Positions 1 through 15,313 are shown, counted from the stretch's first letter. The stretch: DNA of 64,000 bases from Eledone cirrhosa (GCA_964016885.1 CAXHJY010001504.1:280052-344051), one strand, 5' to 3'. The notes: generated by a model from the sequence alone, not told the origin. A program made the numbers and translations.

Positions 1-527
1 TGTGTATATATGTATGTGTGTGTGTGTATATATGTGTATATATATATGTATATATATGTATTTATAGATGTATATATATGTATTTATAAATGTATATATA
101 TGTATATGCATGTATATTTATATATATATGTATGTATGTATATTTATATATATTTATTATGTATATATATAGACACACACACATATGTGTGTGTGTGTGT
201 CTGTCCATGTACGTATGAAGGTATGAATATGTAGCAGTATGTATGTATGTCTGTATGTATGTATGTCAGTATGTATGTCAGTATGTATGTATGCATGTAT
301 GTATAAGGTATCATGTATAATTAAATGCATATAAGGCATGTATATAATAGATAAGTAACTGCACACAATAGATATTACATAATGAATACCGTGCAATGTA
401 CACTACATGGATAAACAAACACACGTATGTACATATATATATATCTTTTGTGTTCTAATTGATAGGAGCTACAGTCATATAATTATGTATGTGTGTATGT
501 ATGTATGTATGTATGTATGTATGTATG

Positions 528-1668
528 ATCTTCTGGTTTTATAATTTCACACATTTTTTCCCAATATAGAGAGAGTCGGTTTCTAACATAGACACAAGAC
601 TCTCTCATTGGAATTTACACAACATCAGCTAGGTAGATTATGTATGCATGCATGCATGTGTAGATCTGGATGTTATTGTATGTGTGGATGTGGATGTTTT
701 GAGTTGTATGTCTGCATGTGTATATGCTTTGTATCTGTACATGTGTATATGCAGTTATTAGATGCCACATTTTTGGAATGTTTTACATATTTTTACTGCT
801 CCATTAATGGATTGTACTTGTAATTTCCTAACTAGTTGAGTTCTTTCTGTTCCTGTGAAGCCTAGCTTCTCAAGATTTGTATTGAGGCTGTTACTAACAT
901 ACCCCAGTGCCCCAATAATTACAGGCATAAATCTGAAGGTATAATCAGGGTGGAGTATCTGCAGGTTTCTCATCAGTTCTGCATAAATATTCTCCTTTTC
1001 GCTAATCTTTGATATTATATTGACATCTGCTGGGCAGCTAATTTCCACTATTGTGCATGATTTCTTCTCCCTATCCCATATCATAATATTTGGTCTGTTA
1101 TCTGCATGGGGGGGGGGGGACTGGAACATTCCACCAGTACTCTTTCATATTATGTACGTGGATGTCTTCCACATTGCTGTAGCTTTTAATGTGTTTATTA
1201 TCGGGGCTATCTTTTTTACGAACTGCATCGTACAGTGTTTTGGCCACTACATCATGCCTCATAGGTAGATAGTACCGCGATGACATCTTTGGACAGCTGC
1301 TGATGACATGGGTGATATCCTCGATGTTAGTTCTGCAGAGTCTGCACTTGTTATCACATCTAGGTGTTTTGCCTGCATCCCTATCTCTTTTGTGAATCAG
1401 GTATCTCGTGTTAATCTCCTGTTCTTGGATTACAACAGCGTATCCTTCAAAGTGGGAGCCAATATAGCGGTTGTTGGTCCAAGATAGACTACTTTCCTTA
1501 TCTATATTACTCTCACTCTGGAGCTTCCTGGCAATATATCCATGCATGATTTTTTTGCTGATAAGCATGCAGTTTTTCATCCATGGATTCACTGCGATAC
1601 TGCTGAGCGACATCCCTGGGTGTGAGTTATTGATTATCACACAGGGAATATCTCTCGAGGAGTTCCTT
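528..1668 (-). mobile_element. 5'-truncated R4/Dong-like non-LTR retrotransposon (restriction-like endonuclease clade), ORF C-terminus plus 3'UTR, frameshifted
   Basis: ORF 1098-1640 has a CCHC knuckle (CRLC..EDITHVISSC) followed by RHD. ORF 758-1129 has the RLE motifs RPNIMIWD, VEISCP, KENIYAEL and PVIIGALG. The frame shift falls at the G-run near 1108-1119. Both ends are flanked by (TATG)n. Confidence 0.9.
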
Positions 1669-1929
1669 CATGTATGTATGTATGTATGTATGTATGTATG
1701 TATGTATGTATGTATGTATGTATGTATGTAGGTAGGTAGGTAGGTAGGTAGGTAGGTAGGTAGGTAGGTAGGTAAGGTATGTATGTATATATTTATATGT
1801 GTGTATGTTTGTATGTATGATTGTATGTATTTATATATATATATGTGTGTGTGTGTATGTATCTGTGTGTATCTGTGTAAATATATGTATATGAGATCAA
1901 CTGTATTAGAGGCAGTTTACGTTGTAGTG

Positions 1930-1985
<56 letters not shown>

Positions 1986-2050
1986 GCATATAATTATACA
2001 TATATCCTTCTACTTCCTCTAAAGCAACTTTGTGGTTTTGCATTTATATA

Positions 2051-2138
<88 letters not shown>

Positions 2139-2189
2139 CATATATTTCCTGAATCATATATATATATATATATATATATATGTTTCTTG

Positions 2190-2260
<71 letters not shown>

Positions 2261-2439
2261 CATATATTTCCTGAATCATATGTATATATATATATGTTTC
2301 TTGAACTATATATATATATTCCTTGAACTATATATATATATATATATATATTCCTTGAACTATATATATATATATATATATATATTAAGGATTAGCTTGC
2401 CTCTTACGAGGTTCCGTCTCCATGGAAGTTTCTAGTGTG

Positions 2440-3225
2440 TCTTAATGAAAGGAGCCAGAGTCTTCTCAGGAAAGGCTACGCCAAAACTCAACGTCTTGCT
2501 TGTGAGAACAATACACAAATGGTTCCAGGATTCGAACACACCTCCTATAATCGTGAGACCAACACACTATTTCCTAGGTCGCGCCTCTACGCAAGGACAG
2601 AAGGGCAAGAAATTATCCTCAAATCACTGAGGGAATAATACTATTAAATTCAACTACCCAGCGATTAAGTCTAACACTCGAGAACTGGAAACACAAATTG
2701 CCGAAAGAAATATCGTCCTCAAAGCATCTCATTTGACGCTCCAACCATTCCAATGAATCCTTTGCTCAGAACTGGTCCCGTATTTTATCGAACGATAGAA
2801 CAATGGTTGCTGCTTTAGGCAAACGTCCTGTAATTTTGGGTGAGGAGAATGTTGTTTAAATCGACTTCAGTACACTTAAATTGTTTCATTTTATCGACCC
2901 CGACACGATGAAAAGCGAATTTGAAACCGGTGGATTTGAACCCAGAAAATAAAGATCCGGAATAATAAATATAATAAGGGTTTCTGATTTAGACACAGGG
3001 CTAACAATTTTTTGGGGGGGAAGAGGAAATTATATTAAATCGACCCCAGTGCGTTGGTGGATCTTTGATAATAATAGTTTCATTTATTGGCCAAAAGAAC
3101 CTGGAACTTTCATGATAATAATTGTTTCTACTTTTGACTCAAGGCCAGCAATTACCCAGTAGATTACTGGTACTTTATTTTATCGACCCCGTAAGGATGA
3201 AAGGCAAAGTTAACCTCGGCGGAAT
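2440..3225 (-). mobile_element. Cluster of degraded tRNA-derived SINE fragments
   Basis: tRNA-like B box (GTTCGAATCC on the minus strand near 2526-2535), plus pieces of the main SINE body TTTATCGACCCCG..GATGAAAGGCAAAGTTAACCTCGGC at about 2890-2945 and 3120-3225. Confidence 0.65.
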
Positions 3226-3428
3226 ATTGTCATATATAATACTACGTCTCTAGACCTATGAATATCTTATTTATAAACTATATTATTAGCAGTGGGTACA
3301 GGATGGTTATCAACAATTTTATTTCTCTCTTCTTGAATAATAATAATGCTCTCCTTCATTAGCAAATGTAAAGAGGGAGATATATACAAAGGAGGAGCTA
3401 AATGGTACCAGCAGTGATAGTTAATACC

Positions 3429-3481
<53 letters not shown>

Positions 3482-3548
3482 GTAAATATGTAAATAATAT
3501 ATGAATATATGTAAATAAAATGTATATATATATATGCATATATAGATG

Positions 3549-3644
<96 letters not shown>

Positions 3645-3665
3645 CATGTATATATATATATATAT

Positions 3666-3762
<97 letters not shown>

Positions 3763-3839
3763 TATATACATGTATGTATATATATATAAATTAATTTTTT
3801 ATATATACAAATATGCATATATATATGCATGTATGTACG

Positions 3840-3876
<37 letters not shown>

Positions 3877-3894
3877 TTATATATGCATATATAA

Positions 3895-3936
<42 letters not shown>

Positions 3937-4205
3937 TTAAGTAAACAGTTATTTATATATATATGTATGTATATATATAATGTATATATCCAAAGTAACT
4001 CTATCTCGTGTTATTATTTTTACACACTTTCCTACGTTCCTCCACACACTATACGTCTCATTTTACATTTCTCTTACATCTCTCTCTTCACCACTTGATT
4101 CTGTTACCAGGAGATTTACCCATCTGCATTGTTGAGACTTCCAAAACGAACAATTTTTTTATTATTATTCCACAATGCTTCAAGCAAACTTCAACACTCT
4201 CGTAT

Positions 4206-4292
<87 letters not shown>

Positions 4293-4500
4293 TGTATGTA
4301 TGTGAATATATATATGTGTGTGTGTGTCTGTGTTTATCTGTACACACTCACACACACGCGCACACATATATATTTATAGATATAGAGAAAAAAAAACTAT
4401 ATATACATACTCTCTCACCAACCCATACATACATACACACACACATACATACATACATACATACATACATACATACATACATACATACATACATACATAC

Positions 4501-4931
4501 ATTACTCCACCGTGATTACACCTTCAGATTTATGCCTGTGATTATTGGGGCACTGGGATATGTTAGTAACTGCCTCAATACAAATCTTGAGAAGCTGGGC
4601 TTCACAGGAACAGAAAGAACACAACTAGTTAGGAAATTACAAGTACAATCCATTAATGGAGCAGTAAAAGTATGTAAAACATTCCAAAAATGTGGCATCT
4701 AATAACTACATATACACATGTACAGATACAAATCATATACACAAGCACGCATAAAATTCAAAACATACACATCCACTCATACAATAACATCCATATCTAC
4801 ACATGCATGCATGCATACATAATCTACCTAGTTGATGTTGTGTAAATTCCAAAGAGAGAGTCTTGTGTCTATGTTAGAAACCGACTCTCTCTCTATTGGT
4901 AAAAATGTGTGAAATTATAAAACCAGAAGAA
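4501..4931 (+). mobile_element. Second, shorter copy of the same R4/Dong-like LINE 3' end, inverted relative to the first
   Basis: Encodes DYTFRFMPVIIGALGYVSNCLNTNLEKLGFTGTERTQLVRKLQVQSINGAVKVCKTFQKCGI*, nearly identical to copy 1. A 3'UTR hairpin AGAGAGAGTC...GACTCTCTCT lies near 4853-4892. (CATA)n flanks both sides. Confidence 0.9.
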
Positions 4932-5225
4932 CATACATACATACATACATACATACATACATACATACATACATACATACATACATACATACATACATAC
5001 ATAGACAGACAGAATTGGTTAGGCAGGAGAAGGTGAGATGCAAGTTAAAGTTAGGGGTGTGTTTGTAGTAAACACATATCCAGCCTCACTGTGAGAAATA
5101 GACTTGGTTAATACACATGTTTAACTCAGTGTGACCTAAAAACACCCACAAACCCGTAAACTTACCTTCTACACACACTTATATCGTGATTTTATATTAT
5201 TATATATATTTTATATATATACATT

Positions 5226-5330
<105 letters not shown>

Positions 5331-5486
5331 AGTATGCATATATATATATATATATATATATATACTTAATACATTAACAGAGAAAGCTATTAGCAATACT
5401 CCGACCAACTATATATATATAAGTATATATAAATACATATATATATGTGTGTGTATGTGTGTATATATATATATACATATGTGTAG

Positions 5487-5539
<53 letters not shown>

Positions 5540-5546
5540 TACACAC

Positions 5547-5578
<32 letters not shown>

Positions 5579-5978
5579 GTTCATACATGTGAGTGTGTGT
5601 GTGAATATTTCTAAATCTGTGTTAGGAATGATAGAAAATGTTTAGAAGCAAAAATCAGAGGATCATCTGGATGTGACGTGGGTTGATCATCATTATCATC
5701 ATTATCATCATCGTCATCGACATTATCATCATCATCATTGTCGTCACCATCGTCACCAGCAGCAGCGGCAGCAGCATTAGTATTCTTTTTATTATTACGT
5801 TGGTATGGACTTGTGTCAATGTCGTAAAGAATACCTATTATTTTGGTATCTTATTTATATTTATTATTTATAACTATTATTATATCACACACACATACAT
5901 GCACTGGCACACGTACACGGACTCCCACACACACACACATACACACATACACACATATACACATATATATATACACGT

Positions 5979-6034
<56 letters not shown>

Positions 6035-6062
6035 CTATATATTCATATATATATATACACGT

Positions 6063-6097
<35 letters not shown>

Positions 6098-6156
6098 CAC
6101 ACACACCTATATATTCATATATATATATACACGGACATACACACACACACGGACAT

Positions 6157-6187
<31 letters not shown>

Positions 6188-6352
6188 CAGATACGTACAC
6201 ACACACACATATATATATATATGTATATATATATGTATACACGGACATACACACACACATATATATATATATATACACACACGTACACACACATATATAT
6301 ATATACACACACTCACACACCTATATATACAGAAATATATATATATATATGT

Positions 6353-6438
<86 letters not shown>

Positions 6439-6520
6439 TGCTGGTGTGTTCAAGTTGTCTGTGTGAAACTTCCTCTCACTCTCTCTCTCTCACACACACA
6501 CACACACAGATACACACACA

Positions 6521-6616
<96 letters not shown>

Positions 6617-6938
6617 TTCTTTCCTTTTTTATCTTCTTCCTTTCTTACTCCTTGTTACCTGCAAACACCTCCGCCTTAAAAACAACCCAGCCCCCTCTAT
6701 ACACAGCCTCCTATACACATCCCCCTATACACAGCCCCCTATACAAACATAGCTTTAACAGAAATAAAAAATATATACTGTATTTCCACAGCATGTCTCC
6801 CCACCTTTACACGACATCACATTCTTTTATTTCACTCCATATCTAATAAATTTTTTTTTTCTTTTCTGTATGAATTTAGATATCCCATCGCTAAAAAAAC
6901 AGGAGACATGGAGGGGGGTCATTGTATATGTATGTCTG

Positions 6939-6969
<31 letters not shown>

Positions 6970-7089
6970 ATATATATACATATATATATATAATATAGAT
7001 ATGTATATATATATATGAATGTATATATATATATATATATAATATAGATATGTATATATATATATATGTATATATATATAATATAGATA

Positions 7090-7121
<32 letters not shown>

Positions 7122-7144
7122 CATATAATGTAGATATGTATATA

Positions 7145-7183
<39 letters not shown>

Positions 7184-7213
7184 ATATATACATATATATA
7201 TAATATAGATATG

Positions 7214-7245
<32 letters not shown>

Positions 7246-7351
7246 ATATAGATATGTATATATATATATACATATATATATATATAATGTAGATATGTAT
7301 ATATATATATATATATATGTATAAATATGTACATATGTATATGTAAATATA

Positions 7352-7408
<57 letters not shown>

Positions 7409-7433
7409 ATATTATGGATGTATTTATATATGT

Positions 7434-7488
<55 letters not shown>

Positions 7489-7564
7489 CGCGTATATACA
7501 CTCACACACACACACGCGCTTTCGCACACACATACTCACATATTTATTCACATATATATTGAGT

Positions 7565-7598
<34 letters not shown>

Positions 7599-7886
7599 GA
7601 GAGATTTCTTCGGTTCAGATCACATTTATATACAATAGTCGGGCTGTAAGTTGAGGAAGATTCGGCGACTATTTCTGGATGCGCAGGAGGTCTCCCCATT
7701 ATTTATAGCATTAGTTGTTGTTGTAGTTGTAGTTGTTGTTAGAATTGACTCTATTGTGATAGTGTGGCAACCAGTACTGCTGATTAACTCATTAATTAAA
7801 CTACAACCATGTTAATTACGAGTGTCGAGGAAGGAGTGTGACATAACTGTCGCTGCTTATCTCTCTCTACACACACGCATATATAC

Positions 7887-7928
<42 letters not shown>

Positions 7929-7933
<5 letters not shown>

Positions 7934-8345
7934 TAAGAGGAATTCCAACTTTGTCTGATTTACTCGTTTTATTTACAATCCTTTAAAATATATATAATAT
8001 GGTATTATAATGAAATAGTATGATAGAATATTAAATTCTAAGTGTTAATTGAACAAGTACTTCATGCTTCGCAATCTCAGGTTCATGATAGGTGGTGACA
8101 GTCGAGTTTGCAATTTTAAACTGACTTGAAAATTGCAAACTCGACTGTCACCACATATCATGAACCTGAGATTGCGAAAGCATGAAAGTACTTGTTCATT
8201 AACACTTAGAATTTAATATTCTATCATACTATTTCATTATAATACCATATTATATATATTTTAAAGGATTGTAAATAAAACGAGACAAAGTTGGAATTCC
8301 TCTTATTAATATAATCTTCTATACACAATCATACACACCCGTGTA
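7929..8345 (+). mobile_element. Long inverted-repeat element in (TA)n with a hammerhead-like motif (Penelope-like pLTR remnant)
   Basis: Arms of about 185 bp (7929-8117 and 8129-8312) plus a unique tail. The right arm reads ATGAAC CTGAGA T TGC GAAA GCA T GAAA GTAC TT GTTCAT (8160-8199). Confidence 0.7.
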
Positions 8346-8371
8346 TATTTACCTATCTATATCTATCTATC

Positions 8372-8406
<35 letters not shown>

Positions 8407-8786
8407 GTATAAAAGAGAAAACACAGGTAAGCATTAAGAGAAGGATTTATCCAGGTATTTACGACCGTTTCATTGGTAAGTGCAACCTTATATTGCTATA
8501 CATTTTGAAAAATTGGACTGTGAACAACAATTATAATTGACTGGCTGCTATTTGCAGTATAGCAATATAATGTTGCACTTACCAATGAAAACGGTCGTAA
8601 ATACCTGGATAAAATCATTCTCTTAATGCTTACCTGTGTTTTCTCTTTTATACTTTATACTCCAAGATTGAACGGAATTCTTACAAACTTGTGGAGTTAC
8701 CCCTAACCGTACGTTGAAACCATCCATGAAACTGGCTTTCTTAACCAAGAACTGGATCACAATAAGCAATTTTTTGCTTCTCTAAC
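8407..8786 (+). mobile_element. Inverted-repeat element with 3' tail in (TA)n, hammerhead 3' half only
   Basis: Arms 8407-8501 and 8557-8653, then a tail of about 130 bp. A GAAAC-GGTC-GTA motif is present in the arms but no upstream CUGAnGA was seen. Confidence 0.55.
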
Positions 8787-8841
8787 TATATATATATATA
8801 TATATGTATATATATGTATATATATATACATATATACATAC

Positions 8842-8873
<32 letters not shown>

Positions 8874-8898
8874 GTATGTATATATATATGTATGTATA

Positions 8899-8943
<45 letters not shown>

Positions 8944-9002
8944 ATATATGTGTATATATATATATGTATGTATATATATGTATATATATATATATATATA
9001 TG

Positions 9003-9045
<43 letters not shown>

Positions 9046-9214
9046 ATATATGTATATATATATATATATTTATCTATATATATGTATGTATATATATATA
9101 CATATATACATATATATATGTATATATATATACATATATACATATACATATATATATATATACATATGATATATGTATATATATATACATATATACATAT
9201 ATATACATATATAT

Positions 9215-9245
<31 letters not shown>

Positions 9246-9900
9246 TACATATGATATATGTATACATATATATATATATATACATATGATATATGTATAT
9301 ATATATATATACATATGATATATGTAGATAAATATGCATATCTCTACCTGTATATGTGTGTGTGTGTGTAGGTGTAACAGGCTGCTACATATTTTCCGTG
9401 TGCTAAATTTCCCTTGATCCTGCTGTAAATTACAATAGCCAGGGAATATTGTAGGACAAAGTCCACACGGAGCACAGTGACTCCTGTGAGGTGCGCTAAG
9501 AATATTTGCTGGATATATAATTGAGGAATGTCCTTAAACAATATATATTTCAGAAAGGCAAAGAGGATAACCGCTAACCCCTGTTGGGAACTACTCCGCC
9601 CTGCTCCCAAAAAGCAACCTCCTTTCCCGGTAGTTTTAGATTTAAAAAAAATGGGTTGAACTTGGGCTGGTGAAGCTGAGAGGTAGGTTGGTTGTAAGCT
9701 AGATCAACTCTGTCTGGTTCATTTTAATAAGGGGGCATTATATTGAAAACACTACACACTTAGTAACTCCAATATACATTCATGTATATGTACACACACA
9801 GACACACAGACACACATACACACATAAACACACACACACTCACATACATAAACACGCATACACACTCACACATACACGCACACATGCACATACACACATA

Positions 9901-9999
9901 CAGAGTGTTCCAAAAATTGCATACACACTTTGATTACCTGTACAAGCAATATTTATTAGTGTGGTTGAAGTGTGTATATATTTTTGGGGGAATACCGTG
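9901..9999. mobile_element. Tc1/mariner-type MITE
   Basis: TA-flanked. Imperfect TIRs of about 30 bp: CAGAGTGTTCCAAAAATTGCATACACACTT versus reverse complement CACGGTATTCCCCCAAAAATATATACACACTT. Confidence 0.65.
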
Positions 10000-10170
10000 T
10001 ATATATATATATATATATATATAGTTAAATATTAGACAGGCACAAAAAACAGAGAGGCAGTACAAATGGTAGTTTATTAGGTTCACGCTTTTGAGAGTGG
10101 TGAGGGAGGCATATATATATATATATAATATATATATATATATAACGCATATATATATATAATATATATA

Positions 10171-10341
10171 TAGAAGTGGTTACACAACAGTTAGCTCGTA
10201 ATTACGAGCTGAGGATCCGCTAAGGTGAAACAATTGTTCCCGGTATGGTGAACTAACTGTTGTGTAACCACTTCTACCTAACGCGTCCCATAAACTGAGT
10301 GCTCTACCACTACGGATATTACCTTCCAGTGTTCTACCACT
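10171..10341 (+). mobile_element. Inverted-repeat element enclosing a minimal hammerhead ribozyme
   Basis: 24-bp arms 10171-10194 and 10253-10276. Between them: CTGAGGA(10209) T CC GCTAA GG T GAAA C AATT GTT, with palindromic stem III AACAATTGTT. Stem I is imperfect (CGAG/CCCG). Confidence 0.6.
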
Positions 10342-10525
10342 ATATATATATATTATATATATATATATATTATATATATATATATATATGTATATTATAT
10401 ATTACATATATATATTATATATATATAATATATATATATGATATATATATATCGTCGAGTATGAAATTTGTAGAAAAAGCAATGTTTGTTAATACCTCCC
10501 TACAAATTTCGTATTTGACGACCCA

Positions 10526-10582
<57 letters not shown>

Positions 10583-10855
10583 TATATATATAAAAGAGAA
10601 TATTATATGAATCTGACCGCGTCGCCAGCTGGTTTTAGGCTTGTGTGTTCAGTAGACGTTTTTTCTAGGGTAGACCCTTGAAAGGGCTGCTGAACGCATG
10701 AACGGAAACAGCTCTGTCATCGAAGTCGGGTTGCTAAATCTTTCTATACCCTCACTGTAGTTCTCCATGCATTGAGTACTTCAATGATTAGTGGCCTGCC
10801 GGATTCACCATCTCCGACTCTCTCTCCTTCTCAAAATGTATATATATATATATAT

Positions 10856-11000
10856 AAGTATGACCCCGACGGCAGAGCTCAAGCCGTTTCGACGGCTATT
10901 TCTGGACTCTACTACCCTAAGTATTAAGTATTCTACTACCCTAAGTATTGAGTACACTGGTGCGTTATGGTCCATCTGATTCCTTACCACAATTCCTTTG

Positions 11001-11002
<2 letters not shown>
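10856..11002. mobile_element. Family A element (inverted hammerhead 3' half fused to tail)
   Basis: Shares sequence with 23421-23503, 31511-31672, 39887-39948, 59949-60152 and 62717-62773. All copies abut (TA)n or (TA)/(TG) runs. Confidence 0.75.
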
Positions 11003-11052
<50 letters not shown>

Positions 11053-11230
11053 ATAATAATAAATTTGAAGACTAAAATCCCCAAAAAATGAAACGAAATT
11101 TCATTTCTCACTCTTACCGAGCATTATAATAAATGTTCGGTGAATCCATGCGTACATATATATATGTGTGCATGTATATACATACTACTGTACGTCTGTA
11201 TACATATATATATGTATGTACGTATACATA

Positions 11231-11273
<43 letters not shown>

Positions 11274-11348
11274 CATTGTCCAATTGTGCGTATGTATGTG
11301 TAAATATATGTACTTACATTATATATAAATATAAATGTAGTATATATT

Positions 11349-11391
<43 letters not shown>

Positions 11392-12176
11392 AAATATATA
11401 TGTATATATATAAATTACAAACATGCAAATACATACAAACATATATATACACATACTCACATACACACACATATATATAATAAGAGATTAGCACGTTCAT
11501 TATACAATTTAGTGACACATTGTAGATATGATTGCAAGATACGTAAGCCCTACGGTCAAGCTTAAACCTTTTAAATTCTTGCTATCGAAACGATTTAAGC
11601 TTGACTGTAGGTCCTAGTTGTTCATAACCTTTCTTTCTCTCATCCACACCAACACACATACACACATATAAACTTAAGCCCACACACACACACCACCACC
11701 ATATACATATATATATATATATATATATATGTATAATATATATATTACATATATATATATAATTTATATATATATAATATAAATATAATATATATGTTGA
11801 TAATATATATTTATCATATATATCTATACAATATATATATATAATATATATTTGTATATAATATATATATATATATAATATATATATAATATAGATATAA
11901 TATATATATAATATATATATATATAATCTATTTTTAGAACTGTTGAGTTGGTTAAGAATTATGAAATTTCACGAGCTTCGAGATGCCACGTTTAACAGAC
12001 GTTTTTAAGTATGAAAAATTATCTAACTAGTTGAACATATAAGTACTAGGAGACATAAAAAAATTGTACACCGCCGGTGACGTTAGGACGCCTGATAGAA
12101 TCGTATGAGGAATTCACCCCAACTCTCTGCGCTCTGAGTTCAAATCCCACCGTTGTCATTTTTGCATATATATGTG

Positions 12177-12280
<104 letters not shown>

Positions 12281-12662
12281 CATATATTTATATATATATA
12301 TATAGATATACATATATTTATATATATATAGATATACATATATTTATATATATATATATATATAGATATAGATATATTTATATATATATATATATATAGA
12401 TATATAGATATACATATATTTAAATATACATATATTAATATATCTATATATTTATATATACATATATAAATATATATATAGATATATATATATTTATATA
12501 TACATATATAAATATATATATAGATATATAGATATTTATATATACATATATAAATATATATATATATATATAGATATACATATATTTATATATAAATATA
12601 TATATATAGAGAGATATACATATATTTATACATACAAATACATATATATGTATATAAATATG

Positions 12663-12698
<36 letters not shown>

Positions 12699-12906
12699 TA
12701 TATAAATAAACAAACAAGAGCTATAAGTCTACATTTCATAATTTACTTCTTCATATGAAAGAAATAAAATAAGTAAATTATGAAATGTAGACGTATGCCT
12801 TCTGTTTATAAATTTACTCCGGAGTTAATAGACCCGTTTGTGGACTTCCTTGAGTGCTCTACCCTTCTTAGTGAAGTGTTGGTATCAAACTAACACATAA
12901 TCTGAT

Positions 12907-12943
<37 letters not shown>

Positions 12944-13145
12944 ATTGAATATAAAAGAGAGATAAACACTGATATATATATATGTGTTCAAATCGTAAGA
13001 GACACTAGTTGAACACATATATGTATATATCTGTGTTTATCTCTCTTTGATATTCAGTTATACTATACGGCCCGAAAAATATCTCTTTCCTTGAGCTATT
13101 TAATTTTAAGAGACTATTTTGAGTTTCTAATTCAATACATAACTT

Positions 13146-13187
<42 letters not shown>

Positions 13188-14294
13188 GAAGAGAATGACT
13201 TCGCTTGTAGTTCTAAACAATTTGATTTAATTTTCTATTATGAATTGGCAGATCTGGACACTAGATCCACCAACTCATGATATTATAAAATTAAATCAAA
13301 TTGTTTAGAACTACAAGTGAAGTCATTCTTTTCCTTTTTTTAAATAAATATATATATATATGTACACACACACATACACAAATATATGTCTATAAGGGAA
13401 CAACACGCAGATACATAGATATACAGTTATGCACACACGCACACACAGTCACACACTCACAGACACACACATTCACACACGTACTGATATACATATATAT
13501 AACTTCCAGTTTTATAAGAATGAATCATAAATGCTCATATTGAAACCTGTGCAAGTATTAATACTTTTCAGTTTCTCGTATGTTGTATGGTGGAAGGAAT
13601 GAAATATGACCTTAGCAAAAATTTTGAATCTAGAAATCGTAATAGTTGAGCCTTTAATCCGGAAATCATTGATTTCAAAAGTAGCCTCTACTTTGGCGAT
13701 CACTCTTTTAGAAATAGCAGCTAAGCATCCGCATTATACTCGTTAAAATTTTTGTTTTGGTGAGCGGGCTTAAGGTACATTAGATAATTTCATCCACGTT
13801 TACATTATCGCATTTTTTTTCTGAAGAAAGCAGAGGGTAAAGACAGGATGAAACACTGCAGGAGCATCTTTGATCGTTGGCCTGCTGGATCAGGAATGAC
13901 CTAGGGGTTAAACCACAATATTCTATTTCATATAGTGTGAGAGAGACAAGTAAATAAATAAACTAATAAAAAGGGCGGTTGAAAGATGTACTAAATAAAA
14001 ATAAAGCAAATCAAATATAAAATATACATGGTGCGGTTGTTGTTGATTTTGTTGTTGTTTAGCCCCAGGTCAACCCTGATTAAACAGGCCATATGATCAA
14101 AGGAAATTCAGTGTTGACCCTCATGTCGTTTTAATCCCAAATATTGTGTCTATCTATGACTCGTACGTTCTTTATTTAATGAATCCTTCCGGTATAATTT
14201 CTTGGAGATTAGTCACCTATTATTTCTAGCAGTCCGGAGAAACCACGTTGATTTGTTTTCTTGTTGTTTGTTTCCAAGCCTGTTTACTCTAAAC

Positions 14295-14635
14295 GAAAGG
14301 TTCTTAAACTTTAAGGTTCAACCGCCCTCATGGCCATGTAATACATTCAGTGACCCCAACCTTATTTCCAGAGAGACCTGCCTACACTCAAATTGTAAAT
14401 AATATATAATAAATAGAATCGTTAATTTATATATAATAAATAATATAATATATACTATGTATAAATAAATAATATATATTTTTTATTTTACTATATTTAT
14501 ATATAATATGTATCATTTGATGTTTAATATATTATTATATCATCTCTACCGCACCACCACCTCCTTGGGCCCCAGCGCCGCCTGTACCTTCTCAGCGCCC
14601 CCGGGGGGTGGTAGCGCCCACATTGAGAGCCAGTG
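14295..14635 (+). mobile_element. Non-autonomous hAT (Charlie-like) MITE
   Basis: 8-bp TSD CTCTAAAC/CTCTAAAT, degenerate ..GGTTCT../..AGAGCCAGTG termini, and homology to 54684-55451 and 34956-37111. Confidence 0.8.
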
Positions 14636-14927
14636 CTCTAAATGAACAAATATAGACGTTATAACAATATCAGTAACGTTATATTAGCCATCACGTGAAG
14701 TATATCCTTCTCGTTGTTGTTTCAGTGACAGGTTAGGCCTAATTCAGTAGGTTTGAGTAGGTCTATTATGACTAAAGACAATCCAAACCTGGCCATCTCC
14801 ATAGTTATTATGACTAAGGTTAATGAACAAACAGAATGGCAGTAGTATCGGGTATGATATGTAATGAGGTTGTGTGCGTATAAAGTGTGTGTGCAAAGAA
14901 TCGCATGTAAATGTAAAAAATTACTTT

Positions 14928-14972
<45 letters not shown>

Positions 14973-15165
14973 TCACACACGCACACATATACACGCACAC
15001 ATATACATGAATATAAATAAATATATGTAAATAAAACTAAACAGAAATAACTAAAAAACGACACAGTACATGGAAGAAATATATTAGTTTAACGCTTGCA
15101 ATAACAGGAAGAGAGACTTAACGTTTAAATATATATCTATATCTATATACACATATATATATATG

Positions 15166-15223
<58 letters not shown>

Positions 15224-15262
15224 CATACAAGTATAATTTACATGCACCCATATATATGTATA

Positions 15263-15313
<51 letters not shown>

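Noticed and set aside
9344-9610. 88-aa non-repetitive ORF
   Set aside because: No recognisable motif and no homeodomain similarity; probably an unclassified repeat island.
10670-10730. GAAACAGCTCTGTC, possible hammerhead 3' half
   Set aside because: No CUGAnGA or closing stems were found. The island may still be a related remnant.
13821-13865. CTGAAGA...GAAAC hammerhead-like spacing
   Set aside because: No stem II or stem I can be formed.
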